Source of the DNA: Candidatus Nanopelagicales bacterium
Lineage (GTDB): Bacteria; Actinomycetota; Actinomycetes; S36-B12
Assembly (NCBI GenBank): GCA_051007175.1
Contig: JBPCSL010000046.1
Span: 1 to 40,135, forward strand
Direction of reading: 5' to 3'
DNA length: 40,135 bases
Made by a program: the position numbers and the translations under genes. Below, piece by piece: positions 1-18,690 of this stretch; within the stretch, counting starts at the first letter, position 1, and the number at the start of each line of letters is the position of its first letter. The notes under the pieces were generated by a model. The model saw nothing but the letters and a program-made list of their open reading frames with translations. It searched no databases and was not told the DNA's origin.

Positions 1-1888
<1,888 letters not shown>

Positions 1889-1889
<1 letters not shown>

Positions 1890-3022
1890 CAGCCCTCCTC
1901 CCCGCTCATCAGGCGCGCGAAATCGTCGAAGAGTCCCGCGGCGTCGTGCGGCCCGGCGGCGGCCTCGGGGTGGTACTGAACGCTGAAAGCGGGCGCGTCC
2001 AGGCACCGAAGGCCTTCGACCACGTCGTCATTGAGGCACACATGGCTGACGACGACGCGACCGTACGGCGTCGAGACGGTCTCGCCGATGGGGGCGTCGA
2101 CAGCGAATCCGTGATTGTGGGCCGTCACCGCGACGCGGCCGCTGGCGAGGTCCTGGACCGGCTGGTTGACCCCGCGGTGCCCGAAGCGCAGCTTGTAGGT
2201 GCCGAAGCCCAGCGCGCGCCCCAGCATCTGGTGACCGAAGCAGATGCCGAAGACCGGGCGACGGGCGTCGAGAGCGGCGCGCACCAGCGCCACGGCATGG
2301 TCGGCGGTCGCAGGGTCGCCAGGGCCATTGGAGAAGAACACCCCGTCGCGGCCCAGCCTCAGCAACTCATCCGCGTCGATCGTCGCGGGTACGACGTGGA
2401 CCGTCATGCCCCGCTCGGCCATCCGCTGCGGGGTCATGGACTTGATGCCGAGGTCTACCGCGGCGACGACGAATCGCTCGGCACCCATGGCCGGCACGGT
2501 GTAGGGCTGAGTCGCCGTGACGTCAGCGGTGAGATCGGCCCCTGCCATGGGCGGTGCCGCCCGCACCTCCGCCACGAGGTCCTCCAGGGGGACGCGTGCG
2601 TCGGCCCCGCTGAAGATCCCCACGCGCATGGCTCCACGGTCGCGCAGGTGGCGTGTCAGCGCACGCGTGTCGATATCGCGGATCCCCACGACTCCCGCGC
2701 CCGCGAGGTCGGCGCCTAGGTCGCGTCGCGACCGCCAGTTCGACGCGATGGGCGAGGGATCGCGCACGACGTACCCGGCGACCCAGATGCGACGCGACTC
2801 CGGATCCTCGTCGTTCATGCCGGTATTGCCGACATGGGGTGCCGTCATGACGACGACCTGGCCGCGATAGGAGGGATCCGTCAGCGTCTCCTGGTAGCCG
2901 GTCATGCCGGTGTTGAACACGGCTTCGCCGGTCGTGCGCCCGAGGGCACCGAAACTGCGGCCGCGGAAGACCCGGCCGTCCTCGAGGACGAGCACGGCGG
3001 GATCGCCAGCGAGGTGGGTCAC
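1889..3022 (-). CDS. carA: Carbamoyl-phosphate synthase small subunit
   Basis: [28 protein letters not shown] and QYHPEA glutamine amidotransferase motifs; lies between pyrC and carB. Confidence 0.97.
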
Positions 3023-3576
3023 TACGGCGTCCTCTCGTCGGCGACCAGGCTGTCGAGGGCCACGTGAACGGCGGCCTGGTCGTCGGCCGCATCGGCGCGG
3101 AATCCCGTGTCCACCAGCCTGCCACCCAGGTCCCAGGTGAGGATCAGCACCCCGTCGCGCTCATAGGCCTTGCCCGCGATGCCGCGGTCGGTGCGCACCG
3201 CCCGCAATGATCCCCGGGGGACGAAGAGGTCCGGGGCGCCCTCGCGCAGGAGGAGAACCCCGGCCGGGCCGGCCCGCAGGACAGCCCTGCTGCGGACTCC
3301 GAGGCCGTGGACGACGACGCGATCCAGCCAGTCGCCGGAGATCACCGTGGCGAGGTAGACGCCGCCGACCTCGGGCAGGACCAGGTCGCCGAGCGCCGCC
3401 GGGGGCGTGGGCGGTGCCGGGATGCCCGATTGGCGCGCGGCCCGGTTGCGCCAGCCTCGCCGCATGCCGGCCAGTGCCGCGACGATGACCGCCGCCACGA
3501 TGCCGACGAGGAGGAGCCGCAGGGGCCACTGGGTCACAGGTGCGGACTCCGCCGTCGTGCGCAGCAGGACGCTCAT
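3022..3576 (-). CDS. Conserved actinobacterial membrane-anchored protein of the pyr operon (Rv1382-like)
   Basis: ATG at 3576 overlaps the pyrC stop (ATGA). One N-terminal TM segment then [17 protein letters not shown] and DTGFR motifs. This pyrC-carA position is usual in actinobacteria. Confidence 0.8.
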   Translation of the reverse strand: MSVLLRTTAESAPVTQWPLRLLLVGIVAAVIVAALAGMRRGWRNRAARQSGIPAPPTPPAALGDLVLPEVGGVYLATVISGDWLDRVVVHGLGVRSRAVLRAGPAGVLLLREGAPDLFVPRGSLRAVRTDRGIAGKAYERDGVLILTWDLGGRLVDTGFRADAADDQAAVHVALDSLVADERTP

Positions 3577-4859
3577 GCCAGGGCCCCGTCGAGCACGGTC
3601 GGGCGCCCGCGCAGGAAGGTCGCGACCACGCGCCCCTGCATCTCCCGGCCCGGGAAGGGTGTGTTGCGGCTGCGCGAGGCGAGCCGGTGCTCGTCGACGG
3701 TCCACGTGGCGGCGGGATCCACGACCGCGATGTTGGCCGGCTCACCCACAATGAGTGGCCGCCCTTGGGTCGACAGCCTCCCGATGCGTGCCGGGGACTC
3801 CGACATGCGATCGGCCACGCCCCGCCAATCCAGGCGTCCGGTCACGACCATCGTCTCGATGACGACGCTGAGCGCCGTCTCGAGCCCGAGCATGCCGAAG
3901 GCGCCGGCCGCCCACTCGCAGTCCTTGTCCTCGTGGGGATGCGGCGCATGGTCCGTCGCCACGACGTCGATCGTGCCGTCGGCCAGGCCCTCGCGCACGG
4001 CGGCAACATCGTCTCCGGTGCGCAGCGGCGGATTGACTTTGAAGCGAGGGTCATAGGTGCGCGCCAGCTCCTCGGTGAGGATCAGGTGGTGCGGGGTCAC
4101 CTCCGCCGTCACGTCGATACCGCGGTCCTTCGCCCAGCGCACGATCTCCACGGAGCCTCGCGTCGACAGGTGGCAGATGTGCACGCGCGAACGCACATGC
4201 TCGGCCAGGAGGACGTCACGGGCGATGATGGCTTCCTCGGCCACCGCCGGCCAGCCGCGAAGCCCGAGGATCCCCGACAGGGCGCTCTCGTTCATCTGGG
4301 CGCCCTCGGTAAGTCGGGGCTCCTGAGCGTGCTGGGCAATGACGCCGTCGAAGGCCTTGACGTACTCGAGCGCGCGGCGCATGAGGACGGCATCGCTCAC
4401 GCAGACACCGTCATCGCTGAAGACACGGACACGGGCGGCGGAATCGGCCATCGCGCCGAGCTCGGCCAGGTGCTCGCCCTTCAGCCCGACCGTGACGGCG
4501 CCCACCGGATGCACATCGCAGAGGGCCGCATCGACGCCGCGGCGCCAGACCTGCTCGACAACCCCCGCCGTGTCGGCCACGGGCTGGGTGTTGGCCATGG
4601 CATGCACGGCCGTGAATCCCCCCAGGGCAGCCGCGGCCGCACCCGTCTCGATGGTCTCCGCGTCCTCGCGGCCCGGCTCGCGCAGGTGCGTGTGAAGGTC
4701 CACCAGGCCCGGCAGGGCGATGCACCCTTCCCCCGGCACCTCGAGATCGCCGACGGGCGCCTCCCCCGGAGGATCGATCCGCGCGATCACTCCCTCACTC
4801 AACGTGAGGTCCACGGCCTGCTCGCCGTAGGGCTGGACGCGGCGCAGGACGACGCTCAC
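3573..4859 (-). CDS. pyrC: Dihydroorotase
   Basis: [17 protein letters not shown] and ATDHAPH motifs. Confidence 0.96.
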   Translation of the reverse strand: MSVVLRRVQPYGEQAVDLTLSEGVIARIDPPGEAPVGDLEVPGEGCIALPGLVDLHTHLREPGREDAETIETGAAAAALGGFTAVHAMANTQPVADTAGVVEQVWRRGVDAALCDVHPVGAVTVGLKGEHLAELGAMADSAARVRVFSDDGVCVSDAVLMRRALEYVKAFDGVIAQHAQEPRLTEGAQMNESALSGILGLRGWPAVAEEAIIARDVLLAEHVRSRVHICHLSTRGSVEIVRWAKDRGIDVTAEVTPHHLILTEELARTYDPRFKVNPPLRTGDDVAAVREGLADGTIDVVATDHAPHPHEDKDCEWAAGAFGMLGLETALSVVIETMVVTGRLDWRGVADRMSESPARIGRLSTQGRPLIVGEPANIAVVDPAATWTVDEHRLASRSRNTPFPGREMQGRVVATFLRGRPTVLDGALA

Positions 4860-5815
4860 GCGGGGACCTCCTCGGGGATATCGGACTCGGGGCGTGCGCC
4901 GAGGATGAGATACAGGGCGGCCATGCGAATGTTCACGCCATTGGCCACCTGCTCCACGATCACCGATCGTGGACTGTCCGCGACATCGGCGGAGATCTCC
5001 ATGCCCCGGTTCATGGGTCCGGGATGCAGCACGATGCCGTCGTCGGCCAGCAGCGCCGCTCGCTGCGTGTCGAGCCCGTAGCGCCGGCTGTACTCATGGC
5101 TGGACGGGAAGTACGCGGCGTTCATCCGCTCTCGCTGGACTCGTAGCATCATCACGGCATCCGCGCCTGGGAGGGCGTCGTCGAGGTCGTAGGAGATCTC
5201 GCAGGGCCAGGTGTCGATGCCGACCGGCATGAGCGTGGGCGGTGCGACCATGGTCACCGAAGCTCCCAGGGTGTGCAGGAGGAGGACATTCGAGCGGGCC
5301 ACTCGACTGTGGAGGACATCTCCCACGATGACGACCCGACGCCCATCCAGGGCGTCGACGCCGCCGGAGAGGTGCCGACGCAACGTAAAGGCGTCGAGCA
5401 GCGCCTGCGTCGGATGTTCGTGGGTGCCGTCGCCGGCGTTGACGACCGCGCAGTCGACCCACTCGGAGTAGGCGAGGCGATGCGCCGCGCCGCTCGCCTC
5501 GTGCCGGATGACGACGGCGTCGGCACCCATGGCCTGCAGAGTCAACGCGGTGTCCTTCAGGCTCTCGCCCTTGGACACGCTGGAGCCTTTCGCGCTGAAG
5601 GTGATGACGTCGGCCGAGAGCCTCTTGGCGGCCGCCTCGAAGGAGATGCGCGTCCGCGTGGAGTCCTCGAAGAAGAGGTTGACCACCGTGCGCCCTCGCA
5701 GGGTGGGCAGCTTCTTGACGGCCCGGTCGGTGACGCGCCCGAGCTCGGCGGCCGTGTCGAGGATGAGGAGCGCGTCGTCGCGACTGAGGTCGCCGGCGCT
5801 CAGCAGGTGCCTCAT
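4856..5815 (-). CDS. pyrB: Aspartate carbamoyltransferase catalytic subunit
   Basis: [21 protein letters not shown] and HPGPMNRG motifs. Confidence 0.97.
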   Translation of the reverse strand: MRHLLSAGDLSRDDALLILDTAAELGRVTDRAVKKLPTLRGRTVVNLFFEDSTRTRISFEAAAKRLSADVITFSAKGSSVSKGESLKDTALTLQAMGADAVVIRHEASGAAHRLAYSEWVDCAVVNAGDGTHEHPTQALLDAFTLRRHLSGGVDALDGRRVVIVGDVLHSRVARSNVLLLHTLGASVTMVAPPTLMPVGIDTWPCEISYDLDDALPGADAVMMLRVQRERMNAAYFPSSHEYSRRYGLDTQRAALLADDGIVLHPGPMNRGMEISADVADSPRSVIVEQVANGVNIRMAALYLILGARPESDIPEEVPA

Positions 5816-6357
5816 GTCCCCTCCACCACCACCTCGTCGACACCGTCGACCTCGGCGAGTCGCACCCGCACGGCCTGGTCGGCCGAGGTGGGGATGTTCT
5901 TGCCCACGTAGTCGGCCCGGATGGGCAGCTCCCGGTGACCGCGGTCGACGAGCACGGCCAACTGCACCGCACGAGGACGACCCAGGTCGCTCAGGGCGTC
6001 GAGGGCGGCGCGGATGGTGCGACCGGAGAAGAGGACGTCATCGACGAGGACCACGACGCGGCCGTCAATGCCCTCGCCGGGAACATCCGTCACCTCCAGC
6101 GGCCGGGCCCCGCGCAGGCCGAGGTCGTCTCGGTACATGGTGATGTCGAGGGAGCCGACGGGCACGGGCAAGCCCTCGATCTGGGACATGCGTGCACCGA
6201 TGCGCTGGGCCAGGGGGACACCGCGCGTCTGGATGCCCAGGAGGATGAGGTCGGCAGGGCCGTGTGCGCGCTCGAGGATCTCGTGGGCGATACGACCCAC
6301 GACACGGGAGATGTCATCCGCGTCGAGAACGCGGGCTCGGGCTTCGGCATGCGCCAC
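5812..6357 (-). CDS. pyrR: Pyrimidine operon regulator / uracil phosphoribosyltransferase PyrR
   Basis: [21 protein letters not shown] and [17 protein letters not shown] motifs; SD AAGGAGG 8 nt before GTG. Confidence 0.96.
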   Translation of the reverse strand: MAHAEARARVLDADDISRVVGRIAHEILERAHGPADLILLGIQTRGVPLAQRIGARMSQIEGLPVPVGSLDITMYRDDLGLRGARPLEVTDVPGEGIDGRVVVLVDDVLFSGRTIRAALDALSDLGRPRAVQLAVLVDRGHRELPIRADYVGKNIPTSADQAVRVRLAEVDGVDEVVVEGT

Positions 6358-6365
6358 CGCACCGA

Positions 6366-6402
6366 CCTCCTTCCCCGCCTCGCCGGACGGGTCGTTAAAG
6401 GA
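6366..6402 (-). promoter_or_regulatory. PyrR-binding RNA stem-loop overlapping the pyrR Shine-Dalgarno sequence
   Basis: Minus strand reads TCCTTTAACGACCCGTCCGGCGAGGCGGGGAAGGAGG: UUUAA plus GUCCNGNGAGGC PyrR consensus. The TCCTT/AAGGA stem covers the SD. A candidate -10 TACAGT lies at 6414-6419. Confidence 0.88.
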
Positions 6403-6504
6403 TGTCCGCGCTGACTGTAGTCCAGAGGCCCCGATCTGCCGGCAGCGACGCGGCGCGGGGTGAGAACGAGTGGCTGATGGGACTCCTGGGACGGGCGGGC
6501 CCGG

Positions 6505-7308
6505 TCAGCCGCCCGTGGCCCAGGTGAGTCCCGCGGCGAAAACGAAGCCGACCGAGGCGATGACCCCCGACCAGCGCGCGACGCCACGCACCGCGATCGG
6601 GATCATCTCGTTGACCACCACCACGAGCAGGGCGCCGGCCGCGATCGACTGGATGAGGGCGATGTCCGCCGGTGCCGCGTCCACGAGGGCGTAGTAGCCC
6701 ACGACCGCGGACACCGCGCCGATGAGGACGATCCAGGAGAAGCGGAAGAGGATCCGGCCGAGGGCGATGCCCCCGGCGAGCAGGGCCGCGGCGATTCCCA
6801 TGGCCTCGGGGAGGCCGGCGATGAAGACCGACCCGACGAGTGCCGCCGACACGCCCGCCGTGGCGGTGTGGAGGGTCAGGCCGATGGCCACCGACTCGGG
6901 CACGCCGTCGATGATCATGCCGATGAAGAGATTGCGGGCCTCGGTCTTCGAGGCACCGCCCGCGTGGCCCTCCATCCCGGCCTCCGCGGTCTCCACGACC
7001 GGCGTCGTCGTGACATCGGCCACGGCCTTGGCCTCGGCCCGAGCCGTCGAGCGCTCGAGCATGAGGATCACCACGAAGTAGCCCAGGCAGCCGATGCCGA
7101 TGCCCAGGGCCGTGGGGCCCGCGCCGGCCTCGTCGTATGACACGGCCACGAGGTCGGTGCCCACCGCGGAGATGACGGCTCCGGCGCCGAAGGCCATGAG
7201 GGCCCCGACGTACTTGGGCTTCTTGAGGATGGGGAACTTCCACACCAGGAGGGCACCGACGAGCAGTGCGGCCTGGCCGACGGCCCCGAAGAGCGCTGCC
7301 TCGAACAT
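6505..7308 (-). CDS. ZIP-family (ZupT/GufA-like) metal transporter
   Basis: Multi-pass membrane protein with paired DGVPES / AGLPEA motifs and C-terminal EMIP. Start placed at ATG 7308, 7 nt after a TAGGTT hexamer. Confidence 0.75.
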   Translation of the reverse strand: MFEAALFGAVGQAALLVGALLVWKFPILKKPKYVGALMAFGAGAVISAVGTDLVAVSYDEAGAGPTALGIGIGCLGYFVVILMLERSTARAEAKAVADVTTTPVVETAEAGMEGHAGGASKTEARNLFIGMIIDGVPESVAIGLTLHTATAGVSAALVGSVFIAGLPEAMGIAAALLAGGIALGRILFRFSWIVLIGAVSAVVGYYALVDAAPADIALIQSIAAGALLVVVVNEMIPIAVRGVARWSGVIASVGFVFAAGLTWATGG

Positions 7309-7318
7309 GGGCGCGAAC

Positions 7319-8752
7319 CTACACCCCGCCGCCCCGACCGCCACTGCCGATCAGGTGAACTCGCATGCCATTGGTGGTGCCCGGGATCCCCGGGGGGACG
7401 CCGGCCACGATGACGACGCGATCGCCGTAGGTGACCCTGCCGATCTCCAGGAGGGCCCGGTCGACCTGCACCACCATGTCGTCGGTGTGCATCACCTGGG
7501 GGACCAGGAAGGTCTCGACACCCCACACGAGCGCGAGCTGACTGCGGACGCGCGGATTAGGCGTGAACGCGAGGATGGGGGCGGGTGAACGCCAGCGGGA
7601 GATGAGCCGTGCCGACGATCCCGTCTCGGTGAAGGGGATCAGGCTCGCGGCCCCGACCGCACGGGCCACATCCACGGCCGCCTTGGTCAGCGCCTTGGCC
7701 GTGGATCCCGGCGGGTCGGCTGGCAGGGGCAGCAGCCGCTCCAGGCCGTTCTCCTCGACGTGCTGGATGATCCGGCTCATCGTGCGCACGACGTGACCCG
7801 GGTGCTCCCCCACGCTCGTCTCGCCGGAGAGCATCACGGCGTCGGCCCCGTCGAGGACCGCGTTGGCGACGTCGCTCGCCTCCGCCCTCGTGGGACGCGT
7901 TGCGGTGATCATCGAGTCGAGCATCTGGGTGGCGACGATGACGGGCTTGGCGGCAATGCGGCACAGCTCGATGGCACGCTTCTGCACCAACGGCACCGCC
8001 TCGAGGGGCAACTCCACTCCGAGATCGCCCCGCGCCACCATGACGCCATCGAAGGCCGCGACCACCTCGGGGAGGTTGTCGACCGCCTGCGGCTTCTCGA
8101 CCTTGGCCAGGACGGGGACGCGCACGCCCTCCTCGTCCATGATGCGATGCACGTCGGCGATGTCGTCGGCGGAGCGCACGAACGACAGGGCCACGAGATC
8201 CGCGCCGATCCGCAATCCCCAGCGCAGGTCATCGATGTCCTTCTCCGACATCGCCGGCACGCTCACGGCAACGCCCGGGAGGTTGATGCCCTTATTGTCG
8301 GAGAGCCGGCCGCCCTCGGTCACCGTGGTGATGACGCGCGGGCCGTCGACCGCCGTGACCTCGAGCGCGACCCGGCCATCGTCGATGAGGATGGTGTCCC
8401 CTGCCGACACGTCACCGGGCAGTCCCGAATAGGTCGTGGAGACCATGGCAGCGTCGCCGGGCACGGGATCGGTCGTGATGGTGAAGGAGTCCCCCGCATG
8501 GAGAAGCACGGGCCCCGACGCAAATCTCCCCAGTCTGATCTTGGGGCCCTGCAGGTCGACGAGGATCCCCACGCCGCGGGCGAGCTCATCGCTGGCCCGG
8601 CGCACATGGTCGTAGACGAGCCGGTGGTCGTCGTACGAGCCATGGCTCAGGTTGAGACGCGCGACGTCCATGCCCGACTCGACCAGCTCGAGGATGCGCT
8701 CGTAACTGCTCGTCGCCGGCCCGAGGGTGGCGACGATCTTCGCGCGGCGCAT
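7319..8752 (-). CDS. pyk: Pyruvate kinase
   Basis: [30 protein letters not shown] and DAVMLSGET motifs; SD AAGGA before ATG 8752. Confidence 0.97.
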   Translation of the reverse strand: MRRAKIVATLGPATSSYERILELVESGMDVARLNLSHGSYDDHRLVYDHVRRASDELARGVGILVDLQGPKIRLGRFASGPVLLHAGDSFTITTDPVPGDAAMVSTTYSGLPGDVSAGDTILIDDGRVALEVTAVDGPRVITTVTEGGRLSDNKGINLPGVAVSVPAMSEKDIDDLRWGLRIGADLVALSFVRSADDIADVHRIMDEEGVRVPVLAKVEKPQAVDNLPEVVAAFDGVMVARGDLGVELPLEAVPLVQKRAIELCRIAAKPVIVATQMLDSMITATRPTRAEASDVANAVLDGADAVMLSGETSVGEHPGHVVRTMSRIIQHVEENGLERLLPLPADPPGSTAKALTKAAVDVARAVGAASLIPFTETGSSARLISRWRSPAPILAFTPNPRVRSQLALVWGVETFLVPQVMHTDDMVVQVDRALLEIGRVTYGDRVVIVAGVPPGIPGTTNGMRVHLIGSGGRGGGV

Positions 8753-8774
8753 GGGTTCCTTCCTCCGGGGGGAG

Positions 8775-10218
8775 TTACACCGTAAGGGGTCGGGCGGAAG
8801 CCGCGATCGGCGAGGGCAGGTTGGTGTGCCCGGAGAGATACCGATCGACCGACGATGCCGCGGCACGGCCCTCCGCGATCGCCCAGACGATGAGGGACTG
8901 GCCGCGGCCCGCGTCGCCCGCGACGAAGACACCGTCGACATCGGTCGAGTAGTCGTCCTGACGCGCCAGGGTGCCGCGCTCGGTGAGGGGCACCCCGATC
9001 CCCTCCAGCAACGGAGACGCCTCCGGTCCGGTGAATCCCATGGCGAGCAGGACGAGGTCGGCCGGGATCTCCTGCTGGGATCCGGGCACCGCTTCGCAGC
9101 GACCGCCGGACCACTCCACCTCGACCAGGCGCAGGGCCCGCACCTTCCCCGCCTCGCCGAGGAACTCCTCGGTCGACACCGCGAAGGCACGCTCGCCGCC
9201 CTCCTCGTGCGCGCTGGAGGTGCGGTAGACCATGGGGTACGTCGGCCAGGGCTGCGCGTCCGGCCGAGTGGCCGGTGGACGCGGCATGATCTCCAGCTGC
9301 GTCACGGAGGCGGCCCCCTGGCGGTGCGCCGTGCCGAGGCAATCGGCGCCCGTGTCGCCTCCCCCGAGGATGACGACATGCTTTCCGGCGGCGTCGATCG
9401 GCGGCTCCTCGAGTTCGCCCTCCAGCACGCGATTGGCGCCCGGCAGATACTCCATAGCCTGGTGGATACCGGCGAGCGCGCGGCCCGGAACATCGAGATC
9501 GCGCCACTGGGTGGCGCCCAGCGCCAGGATCACCGCGTCGTACCTCTTGCGCAGGGCCTCGACCGTGATGTCGACGCCCACCTCCACGCCCGGACGGAAC
9601 TTCACGCCCTCCTGCGCCATCTGGGTCAGCCGACGGTCGAGGTGGGACTTCTCCATCTTGAACTCGGGAATGCCGTAGCGCAGGAGACCGCCGATGCGCT
9701 CGGCCCGCTCGAACACCGCCACCGTGTGGCCCGCCCGTGCCAACTGCTGCGCGGCGGCAAGGCCCGCGGGGCCGGACCCGACGACAGCCACCGCCTGGCC
9801 GCTCGATCTTTCCGGCGGCTGCGGTGTGACCCACCCCGACTCCCACGCTCGGTCGATGATGGAGACCTCGACCTGCTTGATGGTCACCGGGTCGGCGTTG
9901 ATGCCGAGCACGCAGGCGGTCTCGCAGGGCGCCGGGCACAGACGGCCGGTGAACTCCGGGAAGTTGTTCGTGGCGTGGAGTCTCTCGGAGGCCGCCTTGC
10001 CGTCCTGTCGCCACACGAGGTCATTCCACTCGGGGATGAGGTTGCCCAGGGGGCAGCCGTTGTGGCAGAAGGGGATGCCGCAGTCCATGCACCGCGACGC
10101 CTGCGCCCGGAGCCGGTCGGCGGGGAAGGCCTCGTAGACCTCCTTCCAATCGCCGATGCGCACGTCGACAGGCCGACGGCCGGGCAGCTCCCGGTCGTGC
10201 TCGAGAAATCCACGGGGA

Positions 10219-10226
<8 letters not shown>
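8775..10226 (-). CDS. gltD: Glutamate synthase small subunit
   Basis: [33 protein letters not shown] and GGGDTGADC motifs. Confidence 0.97.
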
Positions 10227-14757
<4,531 letters not shown>

Positions 14758-14760
<3 letters not shown>

Positions 14761-14845
14761 CGGGCCCACTCCTCCACGTCGATCGCTCCCCAGGGCCGGG
14801 GTGCGAGGGACGGGACGTCGTTGGCCCGTTGCGCAGACCCTAGCA
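14758..14845 (-). promoter_or_regulatory. gltB extended -10 promoter and structured 5' leader
   Basis: TGC-TAGGGT at 14837-14845; perfect 9-bp inverted repeat 14758-14766 / 14823-14831 enclosing the SD and including the TTG start. Confidence 0.55.
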
Positions 14846-14863
14846 GGGCCGGGACGTGCGCCC

Positions 14864-15781
14864 TCAGGGCGACGGATCTGGCGGTGAGCCGCCGGGCGGG
14901 ACCTCGGTCACCCGGGCAGGAGGCGGGGGCTGCTGATCCACCTGCGCTTGCTCGCGCTCGAGGTACTTCCTCGGCGGCTCGACCTCCTCGCGCCCGGGGC
15001 GCAGGCGCGCGGACACCACGAGGTACACGAGCGCCCCGAGACCGACGAGGAGTGATGTCCACAGGTTGAGGCGCAGGCCGAGCACATGATTCGCCGTATC
15101 GACCCGCAGGTACTCGATCCATCCGCGCCCCACGCAGTACAGGAGCACGTAGAGGGCGAAGACGCGGCCGTGCCCCATGCGGAACCGCCGGTCCGCCCAG
15201 ATGAGGACGAGGGCAACCCCCACCATCCAGAGGGACTCATAGAGGAACGTCGGATGGAAGGTCGCGTAGTCCTCGTAGCCGGCAGGCCGGTGCTCCGGCG
15301 AAATCTGCAGCCCCCACGGCAGCGAGGTCGGCGCACCGAAGAGCTCCTGGTTGAACCAGTTCCCCCATCGTCCGATCGCCTGCGCCAGCGCGATTCCCGG
15401 TGCGATGGCATCGGCGATCGGCGGCAGGGCGACGCCGAGGCGACGGGCCCCGATCCAGGCGCCCAGGGCGCCGAGGGCGACGGCCCCCCAGATGCCGAGG
15501 CCGCCATCCCAGATCCGCACCGCACCGACGATCCCCGAGCCTCCGGGGGCGAAGTACAGCTGCCAGTCGGTGATGACGTGATAAAGCCTGCCGCCGACGA
15601 TCCCGAACGGCACCGCCCAGATGGCGACATCGCCGATGACGCCGACCGAGCCACCCCGGGCGACATAGCGCTTCGATCCGACCCAGACCGCGACGACGAT
15701 GCCCAGGATGATGAGCAGCGCATAGGCGCGAATCGGGAGGGGACCGAGGTTCCACACTCCCTGGGAAGGACTGGGGATCAC
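14864..15781 (-). CDS. lgt: Prolipoprotein diacylglyceryl transferase
   Basis: [28 protein letters not shown] and HPTFLYES motifs; GTG 15781 overlaps the upstream stop (GTGA). Confidence 0.95.
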   Translation of the reverse strand: MIPSPSQGVWNLGPLPIRAYALLIILGIVVAVWVGSKRYVARGGSVGVIGDVAIWAVPFGIVGGRLYHVITDWQLYFAPGGSGIVGAVRIWDGGLGIWGAVALGALGAWIGARRLGVALPPIADAIAPGIALAQAIGRWGNWFNQELFGAPTSLPWGLQISPEHRPAGYEDYATFHPTFLYESLWMVGVALVLIWADRRFRMGHGRVFALYVLLYCVGRGWIEYLRVDTANHVLGLRLNLWTSLLVGLGALVYLVVSARLRPGREEVEPPRKYLEREQAQVDQQPPPPARVTEVPPGGSPPDPSP

Positions 15782-16620
15782 GATCCCGAGGGCGAGGGCG
15801 CCGGCACGCCGGCGACCGCGTCCGCGATGGCCTTCTCCAGCGCCGCCGGATCCGCGAGCACCTTGGTCTCGATGGGCTGGCCATTGAGGGTGCCGTACGG
15901 CGTGCCCTGGATGTTGGCGTCGTAGAAGGCCTGCGTGGAGTTCACGGCCCAGCCGAGATAGGTGTTGTCGTTGACGCACTGCCGGAACGTGTCGAGCGGA
16001 GCACCGCTGATGCCCGCCTGCTCACCGAATTGAATGAGCTGCTCCTGCGTCCAGCCTTCGCCCTCTGTCGTGGGCTGGTTGGAGTAGAGGGTGTCGTGGT
16101 AATCGGTGGTCTTGCCGGCGTCGATCGCGCAACCCCACGCGGAGACGGCGAAGGCCGAGGCCTGATTGCCAAGATTGTTGTCGAGGAATGTCGTCGGGCG
16201 CCAGACCAGGCGCACCTTGCCGTCCTGCGCCAGACCCTGGAGGCCCGCGCCGTTGATCTCCTCGAGGGACCCGCACGCCGGGCACTGGAAGTCCTCCCAG
16301 AGCGCAAGGAGCGGCGCGGTGGCGGGGGCGGTCCCGACCGGGACACCCCATGGGACCTCGCCGGTCGCGTCGTAGACGCCCGTCGGCACGGCCGCGGAGG
16401 GATTGGGGCTCGGCAGCGGCGTGGCTCCGCCGCCATCGCTGCTGCCCGACATCCGGGGCACCACGACCGCGAGGCCGATGATGACGGCGACGACGACGAT
16501 CACGCCGATGGCGCCCACGATCCGGACCGTACGCTCCCGCCGCTTCTCCTTGGCCTGCTGCTCCTCGCGGGCAGCGGCGGCCTTCTCGCGGGTGCTCTTG
16601 GAGAGCTTCTCCTTGGCCAT
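15778..16620 (-). CDS. Membrane-anchored DsbA-like thioredoxin-fold protein
   Basis: Charged N-terminus, one TM segment, EDFQCPAC active site and GTP cis-Pro loop. Confidence 0.88.
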   Translation of the reverse strand: MAKEKLSKSTREKAAAAREEQQAKEKRRERTVRIVGAIGVIVVVAVIIGLAVVVPRMSGSSDGGGATPLPSPNPSAAVPTGVYDATGEVPWGVPVGTAPATAPLLALWEDFQCPACGSLEEINGAGLQGLAQDGKVRLVWRPTTFLDNNLGNQASAFAVSAWGCAIDAGKTTDYHDTLYSNQPTTEGEGWTQEQLIQFGEQAGISGAPLDTFRQCVNDNTYLGWAVNSTQAFYDANIQGTPYGTLNGQPIETKVLADPAALEKAIADAVAGVPAPSPSGS

Positions 16621-16657
16621 GCTTCTCACAACCTCCGGGTCCGGCGGGCACTCCGCA

Positions 16658-17479
16658 CTACGTTACGGGGAACTCGACATTCCTGCGACGCCGCACCCCC
16701 GCGGCGAGTTCCCCGGCCAGGAGGCGGACATCGCGCTCGGCGGCGTCGGCGTCCGGGGCGTCCAGGACACGGCGAATGAAGGCCGAGCCCACGATCACCC
16801 CGTCCGCGTATGCCGCGATCTCCGCGGCCTGCTCCCCCGTCGAGACGCCGAGTCCCACCGCCACGGGCAGCTCCGAGACCGCGCGGACCCGGGCGACGAG
16901 ACCTTCGGCGGAGCTCGACACGGACGACCGGGCACCGGTCACGCCCATGGTGGATGCGGCGTAGACAAACCCCGAGCATGCCGCGGCCACCGTCCGCAGG
17001 CGCTCATCGGTGGACGAAGGCGCCACCAGGAAGATGCGGTCGATGCCGTGCGTGTCCGTGGCCTCCATCCAGGCAGCGGACTCCTCGGGCGTGAGGTCGG
17101 GCGTGATGACGCCGCATCCACCCTCGGCCGCGAGGCGCGCCGCGAACGCATCGGTGCCGAAGCGCTCGACCGGGTTCCAGTAGGACATCACGACGGTGGC
17201 GGCGCCGGAGCGCGCGACCTCGCCGGCCACCTCGAGGACGCCAGCCGGGGTCATGCCACCACGCAGGGCCTGCTCGGCCGCCTCCTGGATGACGGGGCCG
17301 TCCATGAGCGGATCGGAGTACGGCAGTCCCACCTCGACGACGTCGACGCCCGCCTCGACCATCGCGCGCATGAGGCGCACGCTCAGGTCCCGGTCCGGGA
17401 AGCCCGCCGGGAGGTAGCCGATAAGGGCGGCCCGACCCTCCTGCCGCACCCGGGTGAAGGTCTCGTCCAGGGTCGTCAT
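16658..17479 (-). CDS. trpA: Tryptophan synthase alpha subunit
   Basis: [23 protein letters not shown] and ADGVIVGSA motifs; ATG overlaps the trpB stop. Confidence 0.96.
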   Translation of the reverse strand: MTTLDETFTRVRQEGRAALIGYLPAGFPDRDLSVRLMRAMVEAGVDVVEVGLPYSDPLMDGPVIQEAAEQALRGGMTPAGVLEVAGEVARSGAATVVMSYWNPVERFGTDAFAARLAAEGGCGVITPDLTPEESAAWMEATDTHGIDRIFLVAPSSTDERLRTVAAACSGFVYAASTMGVTGARSSVSSSAEGLVARVRAVSELPVAVGLGVSTGEQAAEIAAYADGVIVGSAFIRRVLDAPDADAAERDVRLLAGELAAGVRRRRNVEFPVT

Positions 17480-18690
17480 CGGCCCTCGGCCGCCTCGGAG
17501 GCGTCGGCGGCGAGGCCGAACCAGCGAGCCGCCGTCGCGACGTCCTTGTCTCCGCGCCCGGAGAGGTTGACGAGGATGACGGCGTCGGGACCGAGCTCGC
17601 GGCCCAGATGCATGGCGCCGGCGAGTGCGTGGGCGGACTCGATGGCCGGGATGATGCCCTCGGTCCGGCACAGCCGCTCGAAAGCATCCATCGCCTCGGC
17701 ATCCGTGATGGGCGCGTACTGCGCGCGTCCGCTGTCGTGCAGCCAGGCGTGCTCGGGGCCCACGCCGGGATAGTCCAGGCCCGCGCTGATGGAGTGCGAG
17801 GCGACCGTCTGCCCCCACGCGTCCTGCATGACGTAGGTGCGCGCCCCGTGCAGCACCCCCGGAGAGCCACCGGCGAACCGTGCCGCGTGGCGACCTGTCT
17901 CGACACCGTCTCCCCCGGCCTCGAAGCCCCACAGCCGGACATCCGGGTCGTCGACGAATGCCGAGAAGATCCCCATCGCATTGGATCCGCCACCAACGCA
18001 TGCGGCCACCGCATCGGGCAGCCGTCCCACGGCAGTCATGACCTGCTCGCGCGCTTCCCGGCCGATCACCGACTGGAACTCCCGGACCATCTCGGGGAAG
18101 GGACTCGGCCCGGTCACGGTGCCCAGGATGTAGTGGGTCTCGTCGACGGTGGTCACCCAATCGCGCATGGCCTCGTTGATGGCGTCCTTGAGGGTGCGAC
18201 TCCCCGCCGTCACCGGGATCACCGTGGCACCGAGCAGCCTCATGCGGATCACGTTGAGGGCCTGGCGCCGCGTGTCCTCCTCGCCCATGTAGACGGTGCA
18301 GTCCAGCCCCAGGAGGGCCGCCGCCGTCGCGGTGGCCACGCCATGCTGACCGGCCCCGGTCTCCGCGATAACCCGCTTCTTGCCCATGCGCACCGTGAGC
18401 AGGGCCTGCCCGAGCACGTTGTTGATCTTGTGCGATCCCGTGTGGTTGAGGTCCTCGCGCTTGAGCAGGATGCGGGCCCCACCGCAGCTTTCCTGGCCGA
18501 ATCGCGTGGCCTCGGTCAGCGGACTGGGGCGACCCGTGTAGTCGCGGCTCAGTCGATCCAGCTCCGCCACGAAGGCCGGGTCACCGGACGACTGGCGGAA
18601 GGCTGCATCGAGTTCGTCGAGCGCCGCGGTCAGGGCTTCGGGGACGAACCGTCCCCCGTAGGGGCCGTAGTGGCCGTGCTCGCTAGCCAC
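17476..18690 (-). CDS. trpB: Tryptophan synthase beta subunit
   Basis: [19 protein letters not shown] (PLP lysine), GGGSNA and NLSGRGDKD motifs; GTG start at 18690. Confidence 0.97.
   Translation of the reverse strand: MASEHGHYGPYGGRFVPEALTAALDELDAAFRQSSGDPAFVAELDRLSRDYTGRPSPLTEATRFGQESCGGARILLKREDLNHTGSHKINNVLGQALLTVRMGKKRVIAETGAGQHGVATATAAALLGLDCTVYMGEEDTRRQALNVIRMRLLGATVIPVTAGSRTLKDAINEAMRDWVTTVDETHYILGTVTGPSPFPEMVREFQSVIGREAREQVMTAVGRLPDAVAACVGGGSNAMGIFSAFVDDPDVRLWGFEAGGDGVETGRHAARFAGGSPGVLHGARTYVMQDAWGQTVASHSISAGLDYPGVGPEHAWLHDSGRAQYAPITDAEAMDAFERLCRTEGIIPAIESAHALAGAMHLGRELGPDAVILVNLSGRGDKDVATAARWFGLAADASEAAEGR

Noticed and set aside
6419-6429. Plus-strand AGTCCAGAGGC resembling the PyrR consensus
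   Set aside because: Wrong strand for the pyr mRNA, lacks the UUUAA arm and stem, and overlaps the -10; probably chance.
7319-9190. Long N-terminal extensions in the ORF track (pyk; also trpA, trpB, trpE, lgt, hisH, lspA)
   Set aside because: They overlap upstream genes and lack family features; better starts coincide with SDs, stop-start overlaps or -10 hexamers.
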